Positions 44,439-56,756 of a stretch of DNA of 64,000 bases are shown one piece after another. Under the pieces are notes generated by a model. The model was not told the DNA's origin, made no database searches, and saw nothing but the letters and a program-made list of their open reading frames with translations. Source of the stretch: Aureliella sp. (GTDB lineage: Bacteria; Planctomycetota; Planctomycetia; Pirellulales; Pirellulaceae); the NCBI GenBank assembly GCA_963691875.1, contig OY829846.1, positions 1,312,001-1,376,000 of the forward strand. The letters run 5' to 3'. The position numbers were made by a program, and so were the translations under genes. The first letter of the stretch is position 1. The number at the start of each line of letters is the position of its first letter.

Positions 44439-44926
44439 TACCTACCAGGGCTTTCCTGCGGAAAGCAAGAATAAAAAAGAGAAAAAACGACAAGGCAATG
44501 GAACACCACAATGCACCTTACTTCGTCACTCAAAACCTGGGCAGATTTGGGCAGTTGCAAATACCTAACGAGCTAAACTCTCGCCAAGTATTCGCAATCA
44601 AAACCAGCACAGCCAAATAATTATGCTGGAGTTTATTAGAGAATTAATATTACGCGTGATTCGTAGAGACCGAAGGACTAACGATCTGGGAGAGAACATG
44701 ACAAAGGCGGATGACAAATTGGAGGTGCATCGATTTGCTTTGTGCGTATTCCTGCACCATGCTGGCGAGAAACGAACAGAATTGTTGTCAACGCCGCACC
44801 GTTACGCGTGCGAGACAATGGCGTGCTGCAAACTATGGCGCAACAATTACGTGGAGTGTTGGCTACGCACTGGTCCGGCTTGGGGGGTGGTCAAGTTTGA
44901 GGTTAGATACCTGCGAGTTGCCCAAA

Positions 44927-45715
44927 CTACTGGTTCAGGATGGCAACAATGAGTGCTGAAAGAAGCACCAGGGTGAGAACGATTAGCACACCAAGCATCA
45001 CCTTGTAGTTTCGCTTGCGTTTTTGCTTCCTTTCCAAACGGTTTCGTTCGCCAAGTCTTGGCTGGGAGCTTTCCGATCCCGCCGAGATTGGTTCTAAGCG
45101 TGCAGGTGACGTGGATGAGCCAGTTTGCAAACCTGGAAAGGCGTCAGGCATTGCTTCGGCAGCAGGCATCCACTCTTCCCAACCGTCACGCCAAACCAAG
45201 GAGTCGGCGGTAACGCGGTTTTCAGTCAACCATTGGTCAAAAACTTCCTGGTCGGCAGGACCGAACTGGCCACCCGAAGGAGGCCGGACAAACCAAAATG
45301 CCGGAGCAGTGGGTTGCTTCCGAGCTGGTTCCTCCGGCGGAGACGCTTCCTGCGACCATTCGTCTTCCACCGGATGCATGCGCAGCGGTGCTACATGCTC
45401 CCGCTCGGACTCTCGCTCGCGTCGTAAGTCAGGCAGATCATTCGGAGCCTCGAAACTACTCGGAGCGTCTAGTCCAATAGCTTCATCGAGGTCGGCAGAC
45501 GCCTTATTCGAGAGGCTCTGTGAATCACTGCTAGAGTGGGAAGCAGCAGCGACCATTTCTTGACCAGCAGGTTCAAGCGACAAGGAGTAGTCAGCGTCAT
45601 TTTCAGGAATACGAAAACTCTCTTTACACTTTGGGCACTTCCCGCGTTTCCCCGCTTGGAAGTCCTTGACATGCAGTTGTTTTTCACAATGGTGGCAACG
45701 AAAGCGGATACCCAA
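44927..45715 (-). CDS. Zn-ribbon + GYF_2 (DUF4339) domain protein with C-terminal TM anchor
   Basis: CHHC...GKRGKCPKC, WFVRPPSGGQFGPA...SLVWRDGWEEW, and a C-terminal TM helix. Confidence 0.85.
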   Translation of the reverse strand: MGIRFRCHHCEKQLHVKDFQAGKRGKCPKCKESFRIPENDADYSLSLEPAGQEMVAAASHSSSDSQSLSNKASADLDEAIGLDAPSSFEAPNDLPDLRRERESEREHVAPLRMHPVEDEWSQEASPPEEPARKQPTAPAFWFVRPPSGGQFGPADQEVFDQWLTENRVTADSLVWRDGWEEWMPAAEAMPDAFPGLQTGSSTSPARLEPISAGSESSQPRLGERNRLERKQKRKRNYKVMLGVLIVLTLVLLSALIVAILNQ

Positions 45716-45766
45716 TTGATCCCTCCTACTTCTTGCTTGCTCAAGTGGTGACGCTAGATGATTGGC

Positions 45767-46726
45767 TTACCGATAGTCATCATGGCAGGCTTGGCAGCTC
45801 TGGCCAATCTGGGCCGCGGCCTTGCGGGCCATATCCGCGTTGTCGGTTTCCACCGCGAGTTTTACCTGCTGCGTATGTTCAATCATAGTATTAACGAATG
45901 AAGCGTAATCTTCGTCGTCGGCATCCGGCATCTCCTCTTGCAAGGAAGTCTTACCCAGGACTGCTACAAGCTCTGCAAAATTTCGGACTTGTTCTTTATT
46001 CGCTTTAAATTGCTCTTCACTGGCAACGAGCTTGGTAAGGTTTTCGTCATGCCCCCACTCCAGCAATTGCATTAGAGGCGTGCGGTCCATTAGCTCTGAC
46101 CAGTCGGTTTCTGATTTTGCATCGCCCGCAAGAGTCGAGCCATTGACCATGTCGCCCAGGTCTGCCATGCGTTGTTTGGCTTCATTGAAGGATTGTATAG
46201 ATCCGACCTTGGAGTTTGCGGCGGCCCTAGCAAAAAGCTCTCGCGCAACAGGAGCACTCTTTTTAAAGCGAACGTCATCGTTGGGATAAATCTCAATAAT
46301 GGCAAACAGCAATGCCTGTAACGAGAACTCACGGCGAGCAGAATTAAATCCACCACCGGCAAACGCAGTTGGGGTAGTAACGATCTTCCCCAATCGCAAT
46401 TTTGAAGACTTCACATGATCTTCTAGTGACTCGGGACTGATCAACTTATGCCAAGCCACCGGATCGGCACTGTCCGAGCTGGTTCCGGATTCACCAGCGG
46501 TGGTTCCAGAATTGCCCGCTAACGCGGCGAGCTGTTGCTGTGACTTGGGCAACTCGCCCTTGAGTACAGTTCGCACATCGGAGAAGAAAATGCCATCGAA
46601 CTCTTTGTCATCAAACTTCGGAGCCTTGGCCCGAACCGGTTTTCGTTTCTGTGCAAGTAGCGAGCTCTGCATCGCGATGAGCGCAACAACACAGAAAATA
46701 GGGAGTAGTATGAACCTTTGTGCCAT
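45767..46726 (-). CDS. Exported class II (cytochrome c'-like) c-type cytochrome
   Basis: Signal peptide, helical body, and a C-terminal SCQACHDDYR. Confidence 0.8.
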   Translation of the reverse strand: MAQRFILLPIFCVVALIAMQSSLLAQKRKPVRAKAPKFDDKEFDGIFFSDVRTVLKGELPKSQQQLAALAGNSGTTAGESGTSSDSADPVAWHKLISPESLEDHVKSSKLRLGKIVTTPTAFAGGGFNSARREFSLQALLFAIIEIYPNDDVRFKKSAPVARELFARAAANSKVGSIQSFNEAKQRMADLGDMVNGSTLAGDAKSETDWSELMDRTPLMQLLEWGHDENLTKLVASEEQFKANKEQVRNFAELVAVLGKTSLQEEMPDADDEDYASFVNTMIEHTQQVKLAVETDNADMARKAAAQIGQSCQACHDDYR

Positions 46727-47393
46727 GACTGCGTTTCGTCCAAGAATTAGGGAATGACGATTCTGTCGAACGAGTCGGCGAATTTCTACGGACGCCGTAT
46801 ACTTATTTTACTCGCAAGTTGTCATTGAAGCTGCATGGTGAAGCTGCCCTAAGCCTTGATTCTATGTCTCAACGGCAGCCAGAATAGCGCCAAAGGCCTC
46901 TTTGCCCCTCAGAAGTAGTGCGATCGTCAGATTCCGCGCAATCGTCTGCTAAGCCGCGACCTGAAGAGTTTTCCCAGGAGTTCCGCTCGGCTCAGGACAA
47001 TGTCGCGCCGATATGGAAGATGTTCAGCGCTGTAGTGAGCTATCCGATGATGGTGCGCTGAATCAGCCAATCGCTTCGCGGACAGTTGCCATGTTCGCCA
47101 ACTGATCGGCTACAGGATAGCTCGCACCAAGGATGGGATCGAGGTCATCACACAAACTTAAATCTCCACAGCAGCTTTTTGCAAATCCCCTGCTCTTCTT
47201 CGGCAGCCTACCGTACCGAGAACTCGCTACGGACTGCTTGAAGGCGGTGCATCTTTTTGCAAATTCTTCTTAAGCATCCTTGCACGAAAAGAAAACTGAG
47301 GACGCTAGAGACGAAAGCATAGGGCGCTGCTTGCGAGACCAATCGTGGAGTGATTTTTGTTTGGACCACCCATGATGAATAGATATCCTGACA

Positions 47394-48077
47394 ATGGTAG
47401 CAAACGCCAATCCTCATTTCCTACTCTTTTGTGATGCTAAATGTTCTTCGCACAAGTCCAGTCTCGAATCGGATTCTGGCGAATTTCGCGGCAAATGGCA
47501 TTTCATTCTAGAAAGTCTCGACTCGATTGAATCTGACGTGCGTTTGGAGGCAGCCGACACGGAGCTGGTAGAGACTCAGGAACGCGCAGCGCTGCTATCT
47601 GTCGTAAGGGGACTAGAAGCACTGGAGCAGCCCAGCAAGGTTACTTTGGTAACCACTAGCCGTTACGTCTCACGTGGCCTGAGATACGGCTTGAATTCTT
47701 GGCGCGACTCAGGATACAAATGGGAGCGTTTTGGTGTTCAGACACCGATCAGAAACGCCGATCTATGGCAGCGTATTGATCAAGCTTTGTTCTACCACGG
47801 CGTGCAATGCAAGTTGCTTCAGGGGGAGCAAACGAGCTCCCCAATTCAGCAACTCTCGTACCCCGACCCTTATTTCAGCTCTGATTCGGATCAGCATTCG
47901 GAACCAGTAGACGCGACGGCAACATCCTCCCAACCTGGGAACCACTTGCATTCGCTAGCTGGAAGTGGAAGTCACCGGTCTTGGCAGGGCATTCGCTTGC
48001 TAACCAAAAAGTTGACGATCGGCTGGAAGAGCTGGTGGGGCGGTCAGAGTCGTTCACCTGCCTGGGCCAGCGGCTGA
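47394..48077 (+). CDS. RNase H-like fold protein with degenerate catalytic residues
   Basis: GLEALEQPSKVTLVTTSRYV..G....W...W......PIRNADLWQRID matches the RNase HI scaffold. Confidence 0.75.
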   Translation: MVANANPHFLLFCDAKCSSHKSSLESDSGEFRGKWHFILESLDSIESDVRLEAADTELVETQERAALLSVVRGLEALEQPSKVTLVTTSRYVSRGLRYGLNSWRDSGYKWERFGVQTPIRNADLWQRIDQALFYHGVQCKLLQGEQTSSPIQQLSYPDPYFSSDSDQHSEPVDATATSSQPGNHLHSLAGSGSHRSWQGIRLLTKKLTIGWKSWWGGQSRSPAWASG

Positions 48078-48158
48078 GACTGCTGAATTACAAAAATCAA
48101 TAAAGCCGAACATTCGCAATCAGAAACCCTAAGACTATAACATTCGGAGAGAAGCTCA

Positions 48159-50363
48159 GTGAGAACCCAACTTTCCATGCACGGCGTGAGCAGTTTGGTG
48201 CAAGGCAATTTGGAAAATCCTGCCCAAATGCTGGGAGCTCATCCCATCGAGTCAGAACAGGGAGCTGCGGTTTCCGTTCGGGCCTTCCTGCCGGATGTCA
48301 GTCAAGTATGGTTGGTCGAGAACGAGACCAACAATGCGCTGCCCATGCGTCGCATCCATCCAGGTGGATTTTACGAGGCCATTTGTTCCGAGGCGTCTTC
48401 TCGCAACTACCGCCTGAGAATTGCTTCCAAGCACGGTGACATTCAAGAAATGCAAGATCCTTATAACTTTGAGCCGCACCTTACGGAGTTTGATCTATTC
48501 CTGTTCGGCGAAGGCCGAAACTGGCAGATCTACAACAAGTTGGGAGCACACACTCGGACCGTTGATGGTGTCTGCGGAGTCAACTTCGCGGTATGGGCCC
48601 CCAATGCCGAGAACGTTCAAGTCATCGGAGACTTTAACGGCTGGGATGGCCGTCAGCACGCGATGAAGAAACATGTTGCAGCCGGCGTCTGGGAACTGTT
48701 CATTCCGAATTTGGCGGCCGGCGAAAAGTACAAGTACCGTGTCAAAATGTCCGGCGGTCATAGCGTCGACAAGGCAGATCCCTACAGCTTCCACGCCGAG
48801 CTGCCACCTCGCACAGCTTCGATCGTCACTGAACTGAATCAGTATGAGTGGCAAGATACATCATGGTTGGAACGGCGGGCCGAGAGCGACCCGCTGTCAA
48901 AGCCGATGAACACCTACGAACTGCACCTAGGAAGTTGGCGCAGAGATCCAGAAGGCCATCACGGCTGGATGAACTATCGCGAAATCGCGCATCAATTAGT
49001 TGACTACTGCAAGAAGCTAGGCTTCACGCACGTTGAACTCATGCCGATTAGCGAGCATCCATTTACGGGATCCTGGGGTTATCAAACCGTCGGCTACTTT
49101 GGTGTCACGAGTCGTTATGGTTCCGCCGAGGACTTCATGTACTTCGTGGACCACTGCCACCAGCACGACATCGGCGTCATCCTTGACTGGGTTCCTGCTC
49201 ACTTCCCCAAAGACGAGTTCGGGCTGCGTTCTTTCGATGGTTCGGCTCTTTATGAGCACTCTGATCCAAGGCAAGGCGAGCATCCGGACTGGGGCACGAT
49301 GATTTTCAATTACGGACGCAATGAAGTCCGTAATTTCTTGATCGCAAACGCTCTGTTCTGGTTCGACAAGTATCACATCGACGGTCTGCGCGTAGACGCC
49401 GTGGCCAGCATGCTGTACCTCGATTACAGCCGTAAAGACGGTGAGTGGATTCCCAACGCCCACGGTGGACGAGAAAATCTGGACGCGATCCACCTGCTCC
49501 GTGAATTCAACGAACAAGCCCATGCTCAGTTCCCTGGCATCCTTACCTTGGCGGAAGAATCGACTTCGTGGCCTGGAGTAAGTCGTCCAACCAGCCACGG
49601 TGGACTTGGCTTCTCCGCTAAGTGGAATATGGGCTGGATGAACGACACCTTGCGTTACATGCGTAACGAACCCATCCATAGGCAGCATCATCACAATGAG
49701 CTGACTTTTAGCTTGATCTACGCCTTCACTGAGAACTTTGCATTACCGCTATCGCATGACGAAGTCGTGCATGGCAAAGGCTCATTGATCGGGCAAATGT
49801 CCGGTGACATGTGGCAAAAGTTTGCCAACCTGCGGCTTCTTTATTCCTATATGTGGACACACCCAGGTAAGAAGTTGCTGTTCATGGGCAGCGAGTTTGC
49901 TCAGTGGAGCGAGTGGAATTACGACGCAGAGATCCAGTGGGATTTGCTCGGCTGGGACACGCATCAAGGTGTTCAAAAGCTCGTGGGCGACTTGAACCAA
50001 CTTGTCATCAATGAGCCCGCTCTGCACGAGCTCGATTTTGATGGCTCTGGGTTCGAATGGATCGACTGCATGAACTACCAAGAGAGTATCATCAGTTTTG
50101 TTCGAAAGGCCCGCGATCCGAACGACTTCCTGATCGTCACCTGCAACTTCACTCCAGTTCCCCGCGAAGGATACCTGCTTGGTGTCCCTGAACAAATCGC
50201 TTACCGCGAGATCTTCAATAGTGACTCCGAATTCTACGCAGGCAGCAACCTTGGAAATGCTCCTGTAATTGAAGCTAGCGATCTCTCGCATCATGGACGG
50301 CCCGCGTCTGTGAAGCTCACGCTACCACCGCTGGCAACAGTCGTCCTCAAACCGCAACGCTAA
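48159..50363 (+). CDS. glgB: 1,4-alpha-glucan branching enzyme
   Basis: FAVWAPNA, YELHLGSW, SWGYQ, DWVPAHFP, GLRVDAVASM, AEEST, LSHDEVVHGK. Confidence 0.97.
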   Translation: MRTQLSMHGVSSLVQGNLENPAQMLGAHPIESEQGAAVSVRAFLPDVSQVWLVENETNNALPMRRIHPGGFYEAICSEASSRNYRLRIASKHGDIQEMQDPYNFEPHLTEFDLFLFGEGRNWQIYNKLGAHTRTVDGVCGVNFAVWAPNAENVQVIGDFNGWDGRQHAMKKHVAAGVWELFIPNLAAGEKYKYRVKMSGGHSVDKADPYSFHAELPPRTASIVTELNQYEWQDTSWLERRAESDPLSKPMNTYELHLGSWRRDPEGHHGWMNYREIAHQLVDYCKKLGFTHVELMPISEHPFTGSWGYQTVGYFGVTSRYGSAEDFMYFVDHCHQHDIGVILDWVPAHFPKDEFGLRSFDGSALYEHSDPRQGEHPDWGTMIFNYGRNEVRNFLIANALFWFDKYHIDGLRVDAVASMLYLDYSRKDGEWIPNAHGGRENLDAIHLLREFNEQAHAQFPGILTLAEESTSWPGVSRPTSHGGLGFSAKWNMGWMNDTLRYMRNEPIHRQHHHNELTFSLIYAFTENFALPLSHDEVVHGKGSLIGQMSGDMWQKFANLRLLYSYMWTHPGKKLLFMGSEFAQWSEWNYDAEIQWDLLGWDTHQGVQKLVGDLNQLVINEPALHELDFDGSGFEWIDCMNYQESIISFVRKARDPNDFLIVTCNFTPVPREGYLLGVPEQIAYREIFNSDSEFYAGSNLGNAPVIEASDLSHHGRPASVKLTLPPLATVVLKPQR

Positions 50364-50509
50364 GTCTACGGAGGACTCGTACGACAGTGGGGCCGCAGCT
50401 TCGAAGATCCCCAGCGCGGGCGGGCGAGTCAGTGGGATCGCGTTTAGAGGACGCACAAACTCGCAGACAACGCGGCCTTGGTGCTCTTACTTGCTCAGTT
50501 TGGCGAAGA

Positions 50510-50900
50510 TCAAATGGCCAAGAAGCCCCATAGGTGGAAAGCCTTCGCCAGATCGAGCAAGTTGAACCATATCGGTCCTACCAGCATCGTCACTGCTGCA
50601 CTGCCTAACGCTTGGAAGAACGCACCGATTCCGAGCGCAAACCAGACGTTGCCTCTTGCTGCGAGTGAGGCTGTGATAGTCGCACCGACTAAAGTTCCCA
50701 GAGCATGCGAGGCATAACGGACTAGGAAAGTGACCGGCTTCATGAGCTCCATGCTCTCCGCCAACGTTTCCATGGTGCTCACATCAACTCCGTCGGGTAG
50801 CGGCACGGTCATCGGCCCAATAGTCACCATCCCATGTTCACCGAGCTGCCCACGATCACTGCAGATACAACGGCCAGAATGCCCTATAAGATTTGCCTAA
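50510..50900 (-). pseudogene. Conserved four-TM membrane protein, disrupted
   Basis: QIL*GILAVVSAVIVGSSVNMG, then a frameshift near 50830 into VTIGP...PDGVDVSTMETL.ESM...SHALGTLVGA...FALGIG.FF...WFNLLDL. Confidence 0.65.
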
Positions 50901-51616
50901 TTGTTTTGAGCGCTGTCTTCGCGAATCCGTCGACGGAGTCTTCGGTGGGCTCAAAAGGGTTGGAAGATACCTGAGTTGTCATTCATGCCTCTCAAAATAC
51001 GTTGGTCCGCGAGGCTATCCGATCTCGGGACAATTCTCTCCCGCTACAGGGGCACAATATTTGGTGAGAGGGAACTCAAGCCCTCACAATTTCACGGTGC
51101 CGCCGTGGCAGAGCTATCGCACCTGTCGTGAGCCTGCAGACAAAGTATCCCGGTTATCCGAAAGCCAAGAAGCCTCGCAATAGAAACCGGGCCTCGAGGC
51201 CACAGCACCGACCAGAGTTGTCAGAAAGGGCTGTTTGGTCAGGACGCCTCGTCACTCGTACAAGGCTCCACCGCAACACGGAATACCCCGGGCGGAAAAT
51301 CGCGGGGAAACCGGTTGATGTTGCCGAATTGGGGGGGCAATGATAGATTTGACCGCTTACCTATCGCGATGCGCAATGACAGCATAGAGGGCTTTCGGGC
51401 TCGTTCTGAGACTTCCGGCGATTCTCACGTCGGCAGACAACCGATAAGCCACCTAGTCTGAACTTGCGCTGGGACAACATCGCGCGACATGTGTCGTGCT
51501 CCCTCCGCGGCAATCACCTTTATTTTTATTGGGTTCCTCAGGATTTCGAAGCTAATCTTGTGGCTCGTCGCCCAGGGCATTCACGCAAAACGAAATCGGA
51601 GGATTTTAGAACAAGT

Positions 51617-53476
<1,860 letters not shown>

Positions 53477-53508
53477 TTGACTGATAGCAACTAAGAATTT
53501 GCGATTTC

Positions 53509-53543
53509 AAAGCTCACTTCCGATCCGGAAGTGAGCTTTTTTT
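53509..53543 (+). terminator. Rho-independent terminator of rpsA
   Basis: AAAGCTCACTTCCG-ATC-CGGAAGTGAGCTTTTTTT. Confidence 0.92.
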
Positions 53544-53667
53544 GTTTGCGTGCGGATCACAGCCAGCAGCAAGTGAAGCCTTTTGGAGTGAAGTATTCGA
53601 TTAACTGAGTAACTGCGCAGGTACGCTCAATCTTCGAGAATCGACGGCGTTTTTCACCGGGCAGCTT

Positions 53668-54358
53668 CTATTCGCTTGTCGTTGCTTCGTTGGACAGCTT
53701 TTCTCTCGCTTGTTGAAGAGCCGAAGAAACGATGTCTGTTTGTACTGCGACCACTTCAAGCCCAATCATCAAGACCAACGTCGTAAAGATCTTTCCTCCT
53801 TTTGTAATGGAATACGCATTCCCATAGCCAACCTTTGTTAGCGTAACGACTGCCCACCAAAGCGAGTCAAACACAGACGAAAAAACCTCCGGTCTATTGT
53901 GGTGTTCGCAATGACACATACCAACCTCAAAAAGGAAGAGGAGAATCGTAGTAGCAACTCTGAATAGAATTAGCTCCTCTTTCGCGAAAGCAAGCGCGCG
54001 AACGAACCGACCTATTGCCGCGCTGTATCGAGCCAGTTTCAAGAGTCGAAACAGTCGCAACAAGCGGAAAGCCCGCGCAAAGTTCCGGTCCAGAGCAAGC
54101 GACAAATAGAAATAGCTAAAAGGAACTTTAATCGGTTCTCAGCAAGCCATACGCGGGCCAGATACTCGAAAGTAAATATGCAACGCAGGTTACATTGAGG
54201 ATGTCTATCCGTCGGCGCGCAACGTCGGTCAAATCCGGAATCGTCCCGATAGAGAACCCCACCATCGAAACAAAGATCAAGCTTTGCGTCGCAAACGCCA
54301 GCAGCAGCTCGTATGTCGTTCCAATTTCCTGCAATTGACTTTTAAGCTTCTCCGGCAC
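53668..54358 (-). pseudogene. Voltage-gated K+ channel (ion transporter) pseudogene
   Basis: Fragments in three frames (SMVGFSIGTIPDL; IFTFEYLARVW; RAFRLLRLFRLLKLARYS...SLWWAVVTLTKVGYGN). The S3 segment is missing and the filter deviates from TTVGYGD. Confidence 0.85.
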
Positions 54359-54526
54359 TATGCCTTCAATTCGATGGTGTCAGCATTTCTCAAGCGCAAG
54401 CACTTCACCTCACGCGAATCCACGGTTGAGTTAAGAATTCTGGCGAATCGCAATACAGGCAGGGAGGGAATTCTACCGCACCCCGCAAAAATTGATCGGA
54501 GGAATCCCGGTGAATCCCATTACTAG

Positions 54527-55495
54527 TCAGGTTAGCTCTTTTGCTGGAAAGACACCTGCGGTCGGTGGACTTTGAAAGTTTGTGTCGGCAATAAATAGTG
54601 CACCTGCATCGGGGGCCCCCGCTCGACGCTCCTCGGGCATGTGTTCGACCGCTGTTGTAATGACGAGCTTTACACTACCATCACTCATGGGCAACAAGAG
54701 TGGGCAGGTCGCTTGAGGGCTGCCTGGCGTCTGCCAAGTGTGTTCGTGCACTCCGTTGTACAGACTGTACTGCCGGGTTTCTCCCCATTCGGCTTCGTTC
54801 GGGTTGTAGAAGCTAATGATGATGCTCTGCTCATCCGGAGTCATCGTCATGCCATCAGGCACTGCCGGCAAATCGTTTAGATCAACGACGAGCTCTGCCT
54901 CACCAAGCGTTCCAGCTTTCACATCGATGGAGTAACGCACGACTTTCTTGGTCGGGGAGTCGATGTCGATCAAAGAACATCCGCCATTACCGGTGTGGAT
55001 GACGTCTTTTCCGTTGCTGCAGACCTGATCATTCCTCAGCTGAATCAGTTGCCTGGTTTCGCCTTGGTATAGGTAGAGCCCCGCTTTGGCAGTTTTGAAT
55101 TCCAAATCCTTCGTACCGAAGACACAATTGCAGCCGAAGATCGTCCCGTCGTTGACGATGGTTCCTTCAACGCCAGCATCGATCTGGTCGTTCAGCACTT
55201 GCCAACTTCCGTCGTTGCAATTGAATAGTCCTAGCTGCCGTTCGGCTCCAACTAGGAATAATCCTTCCACATCCGTAGGTTTCGCGAAGCCGGGGCGGCC
55301 TGGCAGCTCGAAATTCTGGTTTTGGCGACTCTCGACATCAAAGATATTGAGCGAACCGCGGGTACCGTTTGGGCCATGCTGTATTGCGACCCATGAAAAT
55401 TTACCCGGCGAGAGGTAGGTAGGACCTTCAGGCAAGAACCGATGTTCCTCCGATTCGGGCATGTACAAGACTTGGGCGATAGTATCGTTGTTCAT
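54527..55495 (-). CDS. SMP-30/gluconolactonase/LRE family beta-propeller
   Basis: PEGP, VNDG, CSNG and VPDGM motifs. ATG at 55495. Confidence 0.88.
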   Translation of the reverse strand: MNNDTIAQVLYMPESEEHRFLPEGPTYLSPGKFSWVAIQHGPNGTRGSLNIFDVESRQNQNFELPGRPGFAKPTDVEGLFLVGAERQLGLFNCNDGSWQVLNDQIDAGVEGTIVNDGTIFGCNCVFGTKDLEFKTAKAGLYLYQGETRQLIQLRNDQVCSNGKDVIHTGNGGCSLIDIDSPTKKVVRYSIDVKAGTLGEAELVVDLNDLPAVPDGMTMTPDEQSIIISFYNPNEAEWGETRQYSLYNGVHEHTWQTPGSPQATCPLLLPMSDGSVKLVITTAVEHMPEERRAGAPDAGALFIADTNFQSPPTAGVFPAKELT

Positions 55496-55826
55496 TCCCG
55501 CAGTTCTTTTTGAAGTTGCATGAGTTACTAAATAGTGTTCGGTAAGGCTATCGTGACCGCTGTCCTTTGTCCACACAGGCAGGAGGTCGCCCAGCGAGAA
55601 GCAAAGATTCCTCTTGCTGAATTCAGTCGAATCGCTGGCGCGGCGGTGCTCTCGCTGACAACCGTGGCGAACGCCCATGCGACTAAAATCTCGAGCCCTT
55701 GCCCTGGGTTGTCGCGTTGGAAGCAAATCAGATCCCCTGTTCAGCCCATGGAGTTTTGCTACTTTGAATGCTTGAGGCGAGGAGAATCATCGCGTCTTCA
55801 CCACCCGACGATTTCAGGAAATCAAA

Positions 55827-56627
55827 ATGGCCAGTCCCAAGGTGCTAGTACTACGAGCACCAGGCACAAATTGTGACGAAGAAACCGCTTTTGCATTTGA
55901 GCAAGTGGGCGCGCATGTGGTCAGCGTTCACGTGAACGCGCTGATCGAGGATCCCAAGCTCGGCGATGATTGCCAGATACTCTGCTTCCCAGGCGGATTT
56001 AGCTACGGCGATGATATCGCGGCCGGCCGAATTTTGGCTGGACGGCTAAAAGTGCATCTTAGCGAAATGGTCGAGCAGTTTAGAGTTGAGGATCGTCTCG
56101 TCCTGGGCATTTGCAATGGATTCCAAGTCATGATGCGTTTGGGCATCTTCTTTCCCAGCGCGGTTTATGAGAACGTCGCCGAGAATCCGCCAGCGACGCT
56201 TACTTGGAATCGTCAGGCTAGGTTCGAGGATCGGTGGGTGCATCTAAAGAATGAAGAGTCGAATAGCGTCTTCCTTCGGGGCATCGACTCGATGTATTTG
56301 CCGATGGCCCATGCAGAAGGGAGATTTGTAATTTCAGATGTGGGAAGCACTGAAAAGCTGCTCGTCAACAAGCAACTCGGATTGCGTTATTGCTCGGCTG
56401 CGGGACAAACTGGCGCAAAGCCATTGGATTTTCCCATCAATCCAAACGGAGCCGACTACAACGTGGCAGGTATCTCTGATCCCACAGGCAGAATCTTTGG
56501 TTTGATGCCTCACCCAGAACGCCACATCGACCCTACACAGCATCCCAATTGGACACGTCGCAGCGAGCAACCAGCCGCTGGGGAAGGCCTCAAGATGTTT
56601 CAGAATGCTGTAGAGTACTTTGCTTAG
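55827..56627 (+). CDS. purQ: Phosphoribosylformylglycinamidine synthase glutaminase subunit
   Basis: PGTNCD, PGGFSYGD, LGICNGFQ, AHAEG, NPNG, GLMPHPER. Confidence 0.95.
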   Translation: MASPKVLVLRAPGTNCDEETAFAFEQVGAHVVSVHVNALIEDPKLGDDCQILCFPGGFSYGDDIAAGRILAGRLKVHLSEMVEQFRVEDRLVLGICNGFQVMMRLGIFFPSAVYENVAENPPATLTWNRQARFEDRWVHLKNEESNSVFLRGIDSMYLPMAHAEGRFVISDVGSTEKLLVNKQLGLRYCSAAGQTGAKPLDFPINPNGADYNVAGISDPTGRIFGLMPHPERHIDPTQHPNWTRRSEQPAAGEGLKMFQNAVEYFA

Positions 56628-56756
56628 CACAGAATTATTTTAGCTGAAGCTCGCATTCCGGCGAATGACGTATTTCACAGCCATTCGAAAGCCTGCCAGG
56701 CATGCCTGCAAAAGCGCAGTCTCACCTAATAACCGAAGCTTCGGTCGCCTAATTCG

